Notes: generated by a model from the sequence alone, not told the origin. Positions 1-10,935 are shown, counted from the stretch's first letter. The stretch is 64,000 nucleotides of DNA from Candidatus Babeliales bacterium (GCA_963722255.1 CAVRJO010000002.1:512001-576000), one strand, 5' to 3'. Made by a program: numbers and translations.

Positions 1-1
1 A

Positions 2-388
2 GGAATAGCAAAACAATGGTGCTACGCAAAAAACTCAATAACTCTCAATCAAATAAGTCCAACAAGTAAAAAAAAAGTATGGTGGAAATGTATTATAAGC
101 CCTGAACACAACTGGGAAGCAACATGCCATAACAGAATTTTTAAAAAACAAGGTTGTCCTTTTTGTAGTGGCAAAAAAAGTTCAAATTCAAATAACCTTC
201 AAACATTATACCCTGAAATTTCCAATGAATGGCATCCAACTAAAAATGGTGATTTAACCCCAAGTATTATCGCTGCAGGAAGTAATAAAAAAATATGGTG
301 GTTATGTCAGAATGGCCATGAATGGCAAACTTTATGCAATAGTCGTACAGGTCACAACAGAAGCGATTGTCCATTTTGTATCTCTTAA
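2..388 (+). CDS. 5'-truncated zinc-ribbon repeat protein (DUF4379/treble-clef-like); missing from ORF track
   Basis: Frame +2 is open from the window start to TAA at 386-388: ...KKVWWKCIISPEHNWEATCHNRIFKKQGCPFCSG...EWHPTKN...KIWWLCQNGHEWQ...CPFCIS*. Same repeat type as the next gene. Confidence 0.8.
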   Translation, partial: GIAKQWCYAKNSITLNQISPTSKKKVWWKCIISPEHNWEATCHNRIFKKQGCPFCSGKKSSNSNNLQTLYPEISNEWHPTKNGDLTPSIIAAGSNKKIWWLCQNGHEWQTLCNSRTGHNRSDCPFCIS

Positions 389-410
389 ACATAATACTTT
401 GCAAATAAAA

Positions 411-3400
411 ATGAAAACAAAAAAATCAAAATTATCTCTTGCAAAAACTCATCCAGAACTTGCAGCCCAATTGCATCCAATTAAAAATATACATATTAAC
501 ATTACGACTATTTCACAATCTTGTACAAAACAAGTTATATGGATTTGTGAAAATGGACATGAATGGTTATCAACTCCTCGTGGTCGAACAAAAGCCCAAA
601 ATAGCATTTGTAAGCAATGTGTTTCTTTAGCTTATACTCATCCTGATATAGCAAAAGAATGGCATTCAACTCGGAATATTGGACTTTCTATTTATGATTT
701 TAATTCAGGATCACACAAAGTCGTTTGGTGGACATGTTCGATTAACAAGGATCATGAATGGCAATCAGAAATTCGTGGTAGAGTTAAAGGCATTGGATGC
801 CAGGTTTGCAATAATCGTATTGCTATAAAAGATAATTGTTTATTAATTACCCATCCAAAAATTGCTCAAGAATGGGATTATGATATCAATAATTCTTTAA
901 AAATACAACCAAATACCATTACTGCAATTAGTAGAAAAAAAGTTGCATGGAAATGTAATAATAATCATAAATGGGAAGCTGTTATTAGAGATAGAACTGC
1001 AAAAAATACTAAATGTGGTTATTGCATTGGTCGAAAAGTATCAATCGATAATAATTTGAGAGTTACCCATCCACAGATTGCATTACAATGGCATCCAACC
1101 AAAAATAAAACTCTTCTTCCAGAACAGTTTACTAAAGGAAGCGAAGTAAAAATCTGGTGGAAATGTTCTTACGTAGAAAATCATGAATGGGAAGCGTATA
1201 TATATAGTAGAACTTCTGGTCGCGATTGCCCATATTGTAATTATTGGAGCATAGAAAGTATACGACTATTTATTATTTCACTCATCCCAAATTTACATAC
1301 ATTTGAACCCATTGAGCTCTATTCTATATTTCTGCAGAATGGATCTTTAAATTCTAACGGCAAAAGTCGAACTTTTATCAAAAATTTCGTTTCTGGTAAA
1401 ATTCCTAAAGACATTCTTGAAAATGTTTCAGATACTCCATTAAAATTTGTTGAATTTGTAGAAAATCAGAGTGATCTACTAATAGAAGATAATAATGAAT
1501 TAAAAACCTTTGATGAATCTAATGTTATAACGCAAGAAAATGATCTTCCTATTATAGAAACAAAAGATATATTAGCTGCAATCGATAATAAAATTATTGC
1601 TAGTGCCGATGAAGAAACCATTGATTTTTTGATTAAATCTGCTGTTGCCAAAATTTGGCGCCATGCGTTTTATGATGAAAAAAAAGCTCATACTCAACTA
1701 GAACAATATCAAGATAAGGGAATGTATGCCAATGAAGTAAAAAAATTATTTACTAAAGGTTATTATGGTGCCAAAAATCTGATTATCCCCATTGGATATA
1801 GCTTTCATAGTCAGCCAAATCTTATGCAAAGATATATTGCATATCTTGTACAAAAAGAAAAGCGAATCGGCAATTGGTCAGGAACTGGCTCAGGAAAAAC
1901 TCTTTCAGCTATTTTGGCAAGCAGAATAATTGATGCGCGATTAACAATAATTTGCACACCTAATAATGTTATTGATAATTGGAAAAGACAAATTCATGCT
2001 ACCTATCCTGATAGCTTAATTTATACAAAAGAAGTAATTCTATCTCTAAAAAACACAAAAGATCGCCATCAATATTTAATTCTTAATTATGAATTCTTTC
2101 AACAACCTAATTCTGAAATAAAACTAAAAAAACTAATTGAAAATGTAGACATCGATTTTATTATTATCGACGAAATACACTATTCCAGGCAAAAAAAAGT
2201 TGAACAAATTTCTAAGCGAAAATTGCTCATTACAGCTTTTTTATCTCAAGTGTCTTTAAAAAATAATAATTTACATGTGCTTGGTATGTCTGCAACCCCT
2301 GTCATTAACAACCTCTTTGAAGGCAAGACCATGATAGAATTAGTTACAGGCGCTGAACATAAGGATTTGAATACCAAGATAACGGTTAATAATTGTATAG
2401 CGCTTTATAAAAAATTTGTTATTCATGGTATAAGAGAAATGCCAAGATATAAATACAAAGTTAATCAAATAATTGAAGAAATTGATTGTAGCGCTGAAAT
2501 TCCTGAGATAAAAGAACTTCAAAATATTGTTAAACTAGAAGCTATTCTTACCAAAACAAAAATGCCTTCAATCAAAAAGCATTTACGGCCAAAAACAATT
2601 GTCTATACTTTTTATCGCCAAGGCATTGAATCCATTCTTCAAAATGAAATTGAACAACGGGGTTGGAAAACAGCATTTTTCAATGGTGACAATAAAGAAG
2701 GTCTGGACTCATTTATTGAAGGAGATGCTGATATTCTTATTGCATCAAGCTGCGTTGGAACGGGAGTTGATAGACTACAAACTGTTTGCAATAGATTAAT
2801 TATCAATTGCTTGCCCTGGACACATGCAGAATTTGAGCAATTAAAAGGCAGAATCTACAGACAAGGTCAACTAAAAAATGAAATAGACGTTATTATTCCT
2901 ATTACTTATGCCAATATTAATGGAACAAGATGGTCGTGGTGTGACTCAAAATTGAAAAGAGTAAATTATAAAAAAGATATTTCAAGCGCCGCTGTGGATG
3001 GCGTTATTCCAGAGGGTCACTTACGGACACCCGAACAATCTCACAAAGATATCATGCAATTACTTGCTCGTCTTGATAAAGGTGAGCTTCATACACTAGA
3101 TCGCCAAATAATTAATATTCCCCTCACAGAAGAAATGCAATCTATAGCTAAAAGAACAATTAGTGACCTTAGTAAAAAGAATCTAAAAATTAATAAAGAA
3201 ACAAGTAACGAAACTCATGAACGCTTTATCAATAATCCTCAAGAATGGGCCGAATACCATAAAATATATCGCGAGGCCAGACAAGGATGGCCGGTAATTC
3301 CATATCAAGAAGCTATTAAATATTGTATGGCAAGACCTAATAAAATTGTAGGTGATTTTGGATGTGGCGAAGCTTTCTTATCCAAAGAACTCATGAATAA

Positions 3401-3767
3401 AGTCTATTCATTTGATCATATTGCAATCAATGAGAATGTTATTGCATGCGATATTTCCCATGTTCCTTTAATAGATTCTATTTTAGATATCGCAGTTTTT
3501 TCACTATCTTTAATGGGCACAAATTTTATTGATTACTTAAGAGAAGCAAAAAGATCTCTCAAGCTCGATGGGCTTTTGTGGATAGCTGAACCCACATCAA
3601 GAATCAAAGATATAACACTATTTAAAGAATTACTTGAACGCATCGGCTTTGCCGTATTACCGATACATATAAAAGGACAATTTACATTTATCTCAGCTTT
3701 AAAAACTGAAAGAGATGTAAACGAAATTGCGATACAAAATATTAATTATACAAATGTCTTAGATTGA
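411..3767 (+). CDS. Zn-ribbon repeats + SF2 (DExH) helicase + C-terminal Rrp8-like SAM methyltransferase fusion
   Basis: Four W.C..gH.W...R...C..C repeats; Walker A SGTGSGKT, IIIDEIH, SATP, QLKGRIYRQG; C-terminal VGDFGCGEA, SFDH, ACDISHVPL, AVFSLSLMGTN. Start moved from 312 to ATG 411 because 312-388 overlaps the upstream gene. Confidence 0.8.
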   Translation: MKTKKSKLSLAKTHPELAAQLHPIKNIHINITTISQSCTKQVIWICENGHEWLSTPRGRTKAQNSICKQCVSLAYTHPDIAKEWHSTRNIGLSIYDFNSGSHKVVWWTCSINKDHEWQSEIRGRVKGIGCQVCNNRIAIKDNCLLITHPKIAQEWDYDINNSLKIQPNTITAISRKKVAWKCNNNHKWEAVIRDRTAKNTKCGYCIGRKVSIDNNLRVTHPQIALQWHPTKNKTLLPEQFTKGSEVKIWWKCSYVENHEWEAYIYSRTSGRDCPYCNYWSIESIRLFIISLIPNLHTFEPIELYSIFLQNGSLNSNGKSRTFIKNFVSGKIPKDILENVSDTPLKFVEFVENQSDLLIEDNNELKTFDESNVITQENDLPIIETKDILAAIDNKIIASADEETIDFLIKSAVAKIWRHAFYDEKKAHTQLEQYQDKGMYANEVKKLFTKGYYGAKNLIIPIGYSFHSQPNLMQRYIAYLVQKEKRIGNWSGTGSGKTLSAILASRIIDARLTIICTPNNVIDNWKRQIHATYPDSLIYTKEVILSLKNTKDRHQYLILNYEFFQQPNSEIKLKKLIENVDIDFIIIDEIHYSRQKKVEQISKRKLLITAFLSQVSLKNNNLHVLGMSATPVINNLFEGKTMIELVTGAEHKDLNTKITVNNCIALYKKFVIHGIREMPRYKYKVNQIIEEIDCSAEIPEIKELQNIVKLEAILTKTKMPSIKKHLRPKTIVYTFYRQGIESILQNEIEQRGWKTAFFNGDNKEGLDSFIEGDADILIASSCVGTGVDRLQTVCNRLIINCLPWTHAEFEQLKGRIYRQGQLKNEIDVIIPITYANINGTRWSWCDSKLKRVNYKKDISSAAVDGVIPEGHLRTPEQSHKDIMQLLARLDKGELHTLDRQIINIPLTEEMQSIAKRTISDLSKKNLKINKETSNETHERFINNPQEWAEYHKIYREARQGWPVIPYQEAIKYCMARPNKIVGDFGCGEAFLSKELMNKVYSFDHIAINENVIACDISHVPLIDSILDIAVFSLSLMGTNFIDYLREAKRSLKLDGLLWIAEPTSRIKDITLFKELLERIGFAVLPIHIKGQFTFISALKTERDVNEIAIQNINYTNVLD

Positions 3768-3798
3768 CTTTGATATTAAAATTTTTTATCAATTTTTA

Positions 3799-4527
3799 TT
3801 AACTTTCAATTGAAGTTTTATCTCTTTTACTGATAAAATCACCTGTTATCCATGGAGATTTAGGGTCAAATGATTCTAAAATAATTTCATAATTAGACTT
3901 ACTTAAATGAATCCCCCTAAATCGTTCATTTATAAATTCTTCAATATTTAAAACATCATAAGAACGAGTATCATCATAAACATATTCTAAATTATCTAAT
4001 CCTTTTTTCATAAGATCAAAACCTTTTGCAAGATTACCTTTTTCTATATAAAAACGACCTAAATCAATATAATTCCACACATATCGATCGCATAATTCAA
4101 TTGAATTATTCAATGTTTTTTGATAAAACTCATCATTTTCTTTAAAAAGATAATACCATGATTTGGTATATTCAATTAAAGACATCAATTCATTATCTTG
4201 AGTTTTTAAATTACATAATCTTTTAAACAATTCATCATCAAAATAAATACAGTGATAAATAACATAAATAAGCAAAAGCATTACCTTAATATTATAAGGA
4301 TCACTTACTAATGCTTTTTCAAGACAATCAATTGCTTTTAAGTCGTCGTGCAATGGGGACCGATATACTGTTAAAGCTAATTTAACCCATATTTCAGTAT
4401 CCAACGGATTATTAGCTAAATAACAATCTAAAAATATTTCTAGAGTTTCAGCCGATTGCTTTGTTTTCTCTTCATTAAATACTTTAATTAATTTATTTAA
4501 TTGATCTTCATTTAAATTATTCATCAT
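3799..4527 (-). CDS. TPR-like helical protein, putative immunity protein
   Basis: Helical repeats (AIDCLEKALVSDPYN; DLGRFYIEKGNLAKGFDLMKKGL); starts 3 bp after the large putative toxin gene; paralogue at 23958-24626. Confidence 0.6.
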   Translation of the reverse strand: MMNNLNEDQLNKLIKVFNEEKTKQSAETLEIFLDCYLANNPLDTEIWVKLALTVYRSPLHDDLKAIDCLEKALVSDPYNIKVMLLLIYVIYHCIYFDDELFKRLCNLKTQDNELMSLIEYTKSWYYLFKENDEFYQKTLNNSIELCDRYVWNYIDLGRFYIEKGNLAKGFDLMKKGLDNLEYVYDDTRSYDVLNIEEFINERFRGIHLSKSNYEIILESFDPKSPWITGDFISKRDKTSIES

Positions 4528-4530
4528 CTA

Positions 4531-7410
4531 TTAATCAATCTTAATTAATTTTCCAATTATTCTTTCTGACCTACCATAGAATCCATTTAAACTTATAACT
4601 TTTCCATCACTTATTCTAACTCTTATTGTTGCTTCACATCCATTGATAAATGTCTCAATTTGATTCGATGGTTCCTCTAAATAATTAAGTAAATCAGCTT
4701 TTAAAATTTTTTCAATAAATTTATTGCAAACATCGTTATCAGAAATACCCAATTTTGACAATTGATGATCAGTATGAACAAGATGGTCATACGTTTTACG
4801 TGAAATATTAAATTCTTTGATAACATTTTGACCCGATGGCTCAACAGCATAAATAATGTCTCTATCATTTTTAATTGAAGAATCAACTTGGGTTTTTTGT
4901 ATTACCTTTCCCAGAGAAGGAGGCAAACAAAAATCCTCTCCACCATTTCCATTATTGCTTCTAAACAACGAACCAAAATTAGAAACAGCAGCAACGCTCA
5001 CAGCTGCCGGAGTAGAAGCTGCGCCCTCAACAGCAATAGCTCCAACATCTTGAACAACTTCGGCAATAGCACCAAGACTTTCAGCAAAAGGAACTGCTAA
5101 CGCTCCTCCACTGGAAATACCTGGACCGTGAGGAAATATAGTTCCTATACCATCGCTCAATGCTCCAGAAAATTCTGCAAAAGCAGTTGTTTTTGTAAGC
5201 AATTTTGGAATAGAACCAACAGCTTTATTTAAAAGCGAATCAACCACAAGCTGTGCTGCAAATTTTCTTTTTTCTTGCGGTGATAATTGATGCCATTGAT
5301 TAAAAAATTTGTGCAATGATTCATTGCATGCCTTTGCATAAGCAAATTGCTCTTCAGGAGATGAAAGACCAAGTACAGATGAATGCTTTGCAAGATCAGC
5401 TATACCAAAAACCATATTCTTCATACCATCGAGTGTTCTTGAACAATATGCAATCGGATGCATCACAGTATCAACAGCGCATTGAGCTACCTCTTTAATT
5501 GGCTCCTTATAACCATCGGTCAATACATCAAAAATATCTTTTGCAAAAACCAATCCCTCTGATGCTAAGGTTGTACGATAATCTTTATTGAGTTGATGTA
5601 TCGCATGTATAAGTTTTTTATGCGTCTCATACAGTTCAAAATGTTGATCATCTTTTAAAAAAGCAGCCTTAAGCGAAACATCTTTTACATGTTTCATTAG
5701 TTCATGATTCACTGCATTCTGTTCTTGCGTTCCTGAAAACTTGCTCAACTCTTCATAGCTTACTGTTCCATACTTTGATGAAACCAGTAAATCTAAGCCT
5801 AAAGCTCGAAACAACTTTTCCATAGATGGAGAACGGTAAAGCTCAGCTCGACTAAACGTTTTTAATTCTGAATTAAGGCGAGCGATTGTAACTGCAAGTG
5901 CATCTTGTGCTTCAGGAGACAGTTGCGCTTTTTGAAACTGTTCATTAAGATTTTGCAGTTCTACTTTAAGATGATCAACATTAAGCTTATTTTCTGGTGA
6001 TTCATTGAGTCGCTTAATTTCATTAATTAAATTTGCAACAAGTGGGACGGTTCTACGCTGCAATGTTTCATGCTCTTGAGTTGGTAATGTTCTGGAAAAA
6101 TCACCACACTCTAAAACTAATGCTTCACTATTTTTTGGATTGCGCAATGCATTAACTGTTGTATGCGCAAGATCTGAGTAACATCGTGATAACGGATTAT
6201 TGGAACAACCTTTTTCTACATAATGGGCTACCGTCGAATAAATTCTTTTCTCATTTTGATTCCGTGCGCCCGAAAGAGCGATATCAAATAAGAGCAAACG
6301 ATCTTTTATCTGCTCCTGCGTAATGGTAGATGGCAGTGCAATCTCATTAAGAATCGAGGTATCATACGTATAAAAACGTGGAAGACCATGCTCATTTAAA
6401 AGCTTCTCTGCATTCTGAACAAAAATATAATCATCCTGATTACGAGCTAATGTTTCATATATAAGCCGCGCAACTTCTTGCGGTGTTTTGCATAGTGGAA
6501 TTTTTTGTAGTAGGTCAATAACTTCAGGAGTAGGGTTTGTTATTTCATAAGCTTGGCATACTCTATTACAATAAGCATCTAAATGCTTATTATAGAGTTT
6601 ATTAAGCGCTTGATACTGTTTAATTCCATAACCGGTCGTTTGATTTTTATATGCATCAACAATCTCTTTTGCTTCTGCAAATCTATTTTCAGCAGCCAAT
6701 CCATTAACTTGAGAAAGATGTTTACAAAAACTATTATTCAAAACTTTATCTTTGAAATCACTCATAGTTCCTGAGAAAGAGGTGGTACTGAATAGCCCGT
6801 AAATAAGGCCAGCTGGCTTATTTACGGTTAATAATTTTAACCATGAACCATAGGTTGTTTCTTCTTTAAGTATCTGTACAAATTCTCGATTGCCTTGTGT
6901 TGCAAACTCTTTGATAAGTGATACATACTCATTGGGTTTTGTTGCTTTCAAATAGTCTGTTACTATTCGAGCAACCTGATATTTTTCAAATGAATTTAGC
7001 TCTAATTTTGGATCACCTGACCTAGCATAAAGAACAGGAATCAATCTATCGATAGTTTGTTGGTTTATACTATTTAAAAAAGGATACGGTTGATTTTTAT
7101 AGCAATCTGTAAAAGAAGTTAATGCCTGTATATCAAAAGTTCTTGCTGCAACATCTATACTGTCAAATCCAACAGTATAACTATTTTTAAGTTGTTGAAA
7201 ATTGTTTGCTACATGCGCACTATTATTTAATACACTTATTTGATTTCTTATACCCTCATGCCTCATATAAGCATAATCACTTAAACTCAAAGAAGTTCTT
7301 TGTTGAGATGAATGATTGAATGTTACAACGGGTTTATGCTGCATGCCATATGCATGAACTGTCAAAAATATAGATAAAAAACTATAGTTAATATTTGAAT
7401 TGCGTTTCAT
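4531..7410 (-). CDS. large secreted protein, putative polymorphic toxin with C-terminal toxin-like domain
   Basis: 959 aa; signal peptide; long helical body; Ala/Gly-rich hydrophobic stretch; compact tail (YDHLVHTDHQLSKLG...INGCEATIRVRISDGKVISLNGF) reminiscent of Ntox35-type domains, by recollection only. Confidence 0.5.
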   Translation of the reverse strand: MKRNSNINYSFLSIFLTVHAYGMQHKPVVTFNHSSQQRTSLSLSDYAYMRHEGIRNQISVLNNSAHVANNFQQLKNSYTVGFDSIDVAARTFDIQALTSFTDCYKNQPYPFLNSINQQTIDRLIPVLYARSGDPKLELNSFEKYQVARIVTDYLKATKPNEYVSLIKEFATQGNREFVQILKEETTYGSWLKLLTVNKPAGLIYGLFSTTSFSGTMSDFKDKVLNNSFCKHLSQVNGLAAENRFAEAKEIVDAYKNQTTGYGIKQYQALNKLYNKHLDAYCNRVCQAYEITNPTPEVIDLLQKIPLCKTPQEVARLIYETLARNQDDYIFVQNAEKLLNEHGLPRFYTYDTSILNEIALPSTITQEQIKDRLLLFDIALSGARNQNEKRIYSTVAHYVEKGCSNNPLSRCYSDLAHTTVNALRNPKNSEALVLECGDFSRTLPTQEHETLQRRTVPLVANLINEIKRLNESPENKLNVDHLKVELQNLNEQFQKAQLSPEAQDALAVTIARLNSELKTFSRAELYRSPSMEKLFRALGLDLLVSSKYGTVSYEELSKFSGTQEQNAVNHELMKHVKDVSLKAAFLKDDQHFELYETHKKLIHAIHQLNKDYRTTLASEGLVFAKDIFDVLTDGYKEPIKEVAQCAVDTVMHPIAYCSRTLDGMKNMVFGIADLAKHSSVLGLSSPEEQFAYAKACNESLHKFFNQWHQLSPQEKRKFAAQLVVDSLLNKAVGSIPKLLTKTTAFAEFSGALSDGIGTIFPHGPGISSGGALAVPFAESLGAIAEVVQDVGAIAVEGAASTPAAVSVAAVSNFGSLFRSNNGNGGEDFCLPPSLGKVIQKTQVDSSIKNDRDIIYAVEPSGQNVIKEFNISRKTYDHLVHTDHQLSKLGISDNDVCNKFIEKILKADLLNYLEEPSNQIETFINGCEATIRVRISDGKVISLNGFYGRSERIIGKLIKID

Positions 7411-7421
7411 AATTTTTTTTC

Positions 7422-9014
7422 TTACTGTGGTTTTGGTAATTGATTATACAGTCCACCTGCCACTCCGACAGCTTGAACACCCAACCCTGCCCAACCAAAA
7501 ACCCAACTCCACCATGCCGAATTTTTTTGAACTTCTAATTGTTCTTTACTAGAACGTTCAGCTAATACCAAAGATTCTTTGTTATGAATTCGCTGTAAAG
7601 CGATTGTTTCTTGATGACTAGCTTCTTGAAATTCTTTTTGAGCTAATGCTTGTCTTTCTTGCCAGGTATTAGCAAAATCTATTTGCATTCTAGATCCATG
7701 ATATTGCAAACCTAAACTTCCTACCAAATGAAGAAATTGGGTAATAAATGGATAGATTTCTTTGAAAATTTTATAATATCGCTTCCAAACTGTTTTGGAA
7801 TTTTCTTTGGCAATAGTTCGAATATATGCGATAGAGTTTTTATAATCATCTATAGCAACTTCAATTTCACAGTTATTAAGAGTAAATTCATCATCAACAT
7901 TTCTTTCTAATGCAAATAGATAAGCTAAGCATTTCATGGCATTCAATTGCCGCATACTGAAGCTGCTCGTTTGTTTTGTTAACCAATTTTTATCATTACG
8001 ATTAAAAGCTTGCACAAATTTTAATGGTGGTAGTGATGGCATTGCTTTAGCTAATTTAAATTCATTGCTTTCATCATTTTCTTCATCTGAATCATTATCT
8101 TCAAATAAACTATCTATGAATTTTTCACGCCTTTTAGAATCAGGCATCGCAATCTTAAACATTGATCCACAAAAGCGATCTTTTATTTGCGGCGGTAACT
8201 TTTTAATTTCATTGGTCGTTGCAATAAATAAAAGATTTTTATGCGTTTCACAATGATCAAGAATTCCTAAAAATTGTTCTATTGTGCCTTCATCTGGATT
8301 ATTCTTTTTACCATGTTTATTAGTAAGTCCGGTTAATTCATCAAAAATGATAGCTAAATACTCATCGCTCTTAAGGAGTGGCTCAAATATATACCTAAAA
8401 TTTACTTGTCCTGAATTTTTATATTGATTCAATAGTGATGAAGCGATAATAAATTGCCGAGGAAAGTTACAATAATCTGCGATGGCTTTTGCAAGGGAGC
8501 TTTTTCCAGAACCCGGAGGACCATACAAAAGTATTTTGTTAATTGCAAAACTTTTTACTCTATTTAATGATCTATAGGTCGTTGGGTTTTTCATTAATCC
8601 TATTTGAAAACGCAATAAGCTTGGGCAATTATGCAATAACGAGACTATAAGATTTGAATCTAGTTTAGTATACGAGCGAATATCTTCACCCTCAAACATA
8701 GGTTTAAACAATGAAAGATGTTCTTGATTATTTCCATAATTTTCATTATTTGGTATTGAAGATTGAACACGTTCTTTTTCTAATTCAATCTTTGCAAGCT
8801 GAATTGCAAACTTAAATAATGGCACAAGATTTCCGAATGTTTTTTGAAATTCATCCTCTTTTTCTTTTCCTTTATCTTGTTCCGGCATAATAAAAAAATT
8901 AGGTTTCTGATCAGAAAATACGAATCCTTTATTACCATCCTGTTCCATGCAAAAAGATTGATTCATGAATAAAACCGACATGATGATTAAAAAAAGAAAG
9001 CGATGATGCAACAT
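7422..9014 (-). CDS. AAA+ ATPase with signal peptide and C-terminal hydrophobic segments
   Basis: LLYGPPGSGKS, IIFDE, IATTN, IKDRF; AAGGAG upstream of ATG at 9014. Confidence 0.85.
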   Translation of the reverse strand: MLHHRFLFLIIMSVLFMNQSFCMEQDGNKGFVFSDQKPNFFIMPEQDKGKEKEDEFQKTFGNLVPLFKFAIQLAKIELEKERVQSSIPNNENYGNNQEHLSLFKPMFEGEDIRSYTKLDSNLIVSLLHNCPSLLRFQIGLMKNPTTYRSLNRVKSFAINKILLYGPPGSGKSSLAKAIADYCNFPRQFIIASSLLNQYKNSGQVNFRYIFEPLLKSDEYLAIIFDELTGLTNKHGKKNNPDEGTIEQFLGILDHCETHKNLLFIATTNEIKKLPPQIKDRFCGSMFKIAMPDSKRREKFIDSLFEDNDSDEENDESNEFKLAKAMPSLPPLKFVQAFNRNDKNWLTKQTSSFSMRQLNAMKCLAYLFALERNVDDEFTLNNCEIEVAIDDYKNSIAYIRTIAKENSKTVWKRYYKIFKEIYPFITQFLHLVGSLGLQYHGSRMQIDFANTWQERQALAQKEFQEASHQETIALQRIHNKESLVLAERSSKEQLEVQKNSAWWSWVFGWAGLGVQAVGVAGGLYNQLPKPQ

Positions 9015-9623
9015 TATAGACTCCTTACTTGCATTAACTACCGTTGATAAAATTGATTCAATGGTACGTAATTTCAAAAAAAAGTAAAGTATCATTGCTT
9101 ACAAAGAGTTTATTGAACCCTTAAGAGCAGTGTCTCACAATTGCATTTAATAAAAATTAATCATATGCTGGTCGCAATATTTTTGTTGAGAACAGTTATT
9201 CATTTACCAAATTATTATTTGAAAGCAGCTATGATGATTAAAAAAAATAGTAAAAAGCTATGGATTTTAAGCCTTTGTTTACTCTCCTTCTTTATGAATA
9301 CGACTCGTCCATATTCTTTACTACATGATAAACTCAACTCAGAATACAAATGCAGAGTAATCTCCATTTCCGGCTTTATTGGTTTTTATTCGTTGGCTCT
9401 TGGAATTATATATTCAGTCTTGGGACATAATCGCAAGCTCGATATGCCTACAACTCCCAGCGAAAGGCATTTTTTTGTGTTACGCAATTTTTTACCAAAA
9501 GAAGATTTAGAAAGAATCAAAGCGCATGATCAAATTGTTGCTGACCGAGAGATAACAGTAGGCAAAGCTTTAGTAACATTCGGGGCATTGTGTATTGCAG
9601 GCGGTATTACTTTAGCTTATTTA

Positions 9624-10762
9624 CAGGAATTACGCATAAACACTAGCATTGTTTTGATCTAGAGCCGTAATGCATCGATTTAAAAAAGCAGGATTTTTTT
9701 TCTTAAGAGCTCTGATAGCGGTTTCTGCGTTTTTATAACCATTTTTTTTCATTTCCAATTGAACGAGAGAATATGCTAAAAGCACGGCACAAATATGGTC
9801 ATATTGTGTAACTATTTTTCGAGAAAAACATTCCTGTAAACCTAAACTTTGCTTAGTAGTTCTATTTAATTTCTCTATGCCCCATCGCTTTTTATAATTC
9901 ATAGCATGTTGTTTTGGAGTAGCTTTATAGGTTGCTGCTTGGTAAACAATTGTTTCATTGCCATGCTTATCAATGCGCCTTACAGCGGTAATATATAAAG
10001 AAAGGCCGCGCCAAATAACTTGTACAGTTCGAGCCATTTGGCGGCCTTTTGGACGTATTTCTTTAATTTCACGCAGCTTTTTCTTTTTTCCTTTGTACTC
10101 AACAACACGATTACTATGCATGCGCACTTCAGTTTCAATGTTATTTTCAATAGCCCATTGTAGATACTTTACAGTAGCATATGCACCATCTAAAACAGCA
10201 ATAATTCGTGTATTAGGGAAAAGTTTTTGAGCGGTATTAATGAAATGTTGTACAGTAATTCTTAAAGCTTCGCTTGGATTTGTATAAAATTCCTTACCAA
10301 AAGTAAAAGCAGCATTTATAGGCACAACAAACTTACGATCAGAAATAGCACCAATAATCAATTTGTATGCATTAATCGACCTGCCTATCTTAGTATCAAA
10401 AAGCCATCCCGTACCTTCCATCATTTGAGAATGAATTTTTTTGATAGCCGTTTCATCTATAACTGCTAATAATTCTTTTTTATCAGCGAAAATTTGTTGT
10501 GCAATTTTTTTTGATTGTTCAAGGCTTTCATGACCTGGCCGTAACATTCGGCTAATGGTATCTCCGCTTTTTTTGATTACCCTACCCATATTCTCAAAAC
10601 TTCGTTTGCCAATATTTGTAAGAATTGTAAGAAATGGATAAGTTGCTATAGTATTAACGATGATCATTTTAGGCTCTCCCTTGAATTAGGCTTTTTGGGA
10701 GAGTCTATTATTTTTTAAAAATACGTCTAGATCAAATCTTTAAATACTCTGCGGAAGTCCTG
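9624..10762 (-). mobile_element. insertion sequence, IS4 superfamily (IS701/ISH3-like)
   Basis: Imperfect TIRs CAGGAATTACGCA / CAGGACTTCCGCA (rc); 6-bp duplication TATTTA at 9618-9623 and 10763-10768. Confidence 0.9.
9630..10667 (-). CDS. DDE transposase
   Basis: AVIDET, VLDGAY, YKKRWGIEKLNRTTK (Y-R-E-K motif). Confidence 0.9.
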   Translation of the reverse strand: MIIVNTIATYPFLTILTNIGKRSFENMGRVIKKSGDTISRMLRPGHESLEQSKKIAQQIFADKKELLAVIDETAIKKIHSQMMEGTGWLFDTKIGRSINAYKLIIGAISDRKFVVPINAAFTFGKEFYTNPSEALRITVQHFINTAQKLFPNTRIIAVLDGAYATVKYLQWAIENNIETEVRMHSNRVVEYKGKKKKLREIKEIRPKGRQMARTVQVIWRGLSLYITAVRRIDKHGNETIVYQAATYKATPKQHAMNYKKRWGIEKLNRTTKQSLGLQECFSRKIVTQYDHICAVLLAYSLVQLEMKKNGYKNAETAIRALKKKNPAFLNRCITALDQNNASVYA

Positions 10763-10935
10763 TATTTAAATGAGATCTTTACTGCTCTAACTAAATGAGT
10801 ATGAAAAAAATTTATTAAATATTTTTTTTGTTCAAGCGACCCTTATTAGAAATTTGCAATAACCTAAATTTATACCTACTCTTAGAGCTGGTTTTAAGAT
10901 ATTCTGCACGTTAAATACATTATTCGAAGGTAATT

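Larger units (their letters stand above)
9231..10798 (+). pseudogene. small membrane protein interrupted near its 3' end by an IS; paralogue of 10936-11343
   Basis: Removing the IS and one TATTTA copy restores ...ITLAYL-NEIFTALTK*; shares FxxKEDLE and flanking hydrophobic helices with 10936-11343. May still be functional with an IS-derived tail. Confidence 0.6.

Noticed and set aside
312..410. ORF-track N-terminal extension of the helicase fusion
   Set aside because: Overlaps the upstream Zn-ribbon gene in another frame; ATG 411 is the more plausible start.
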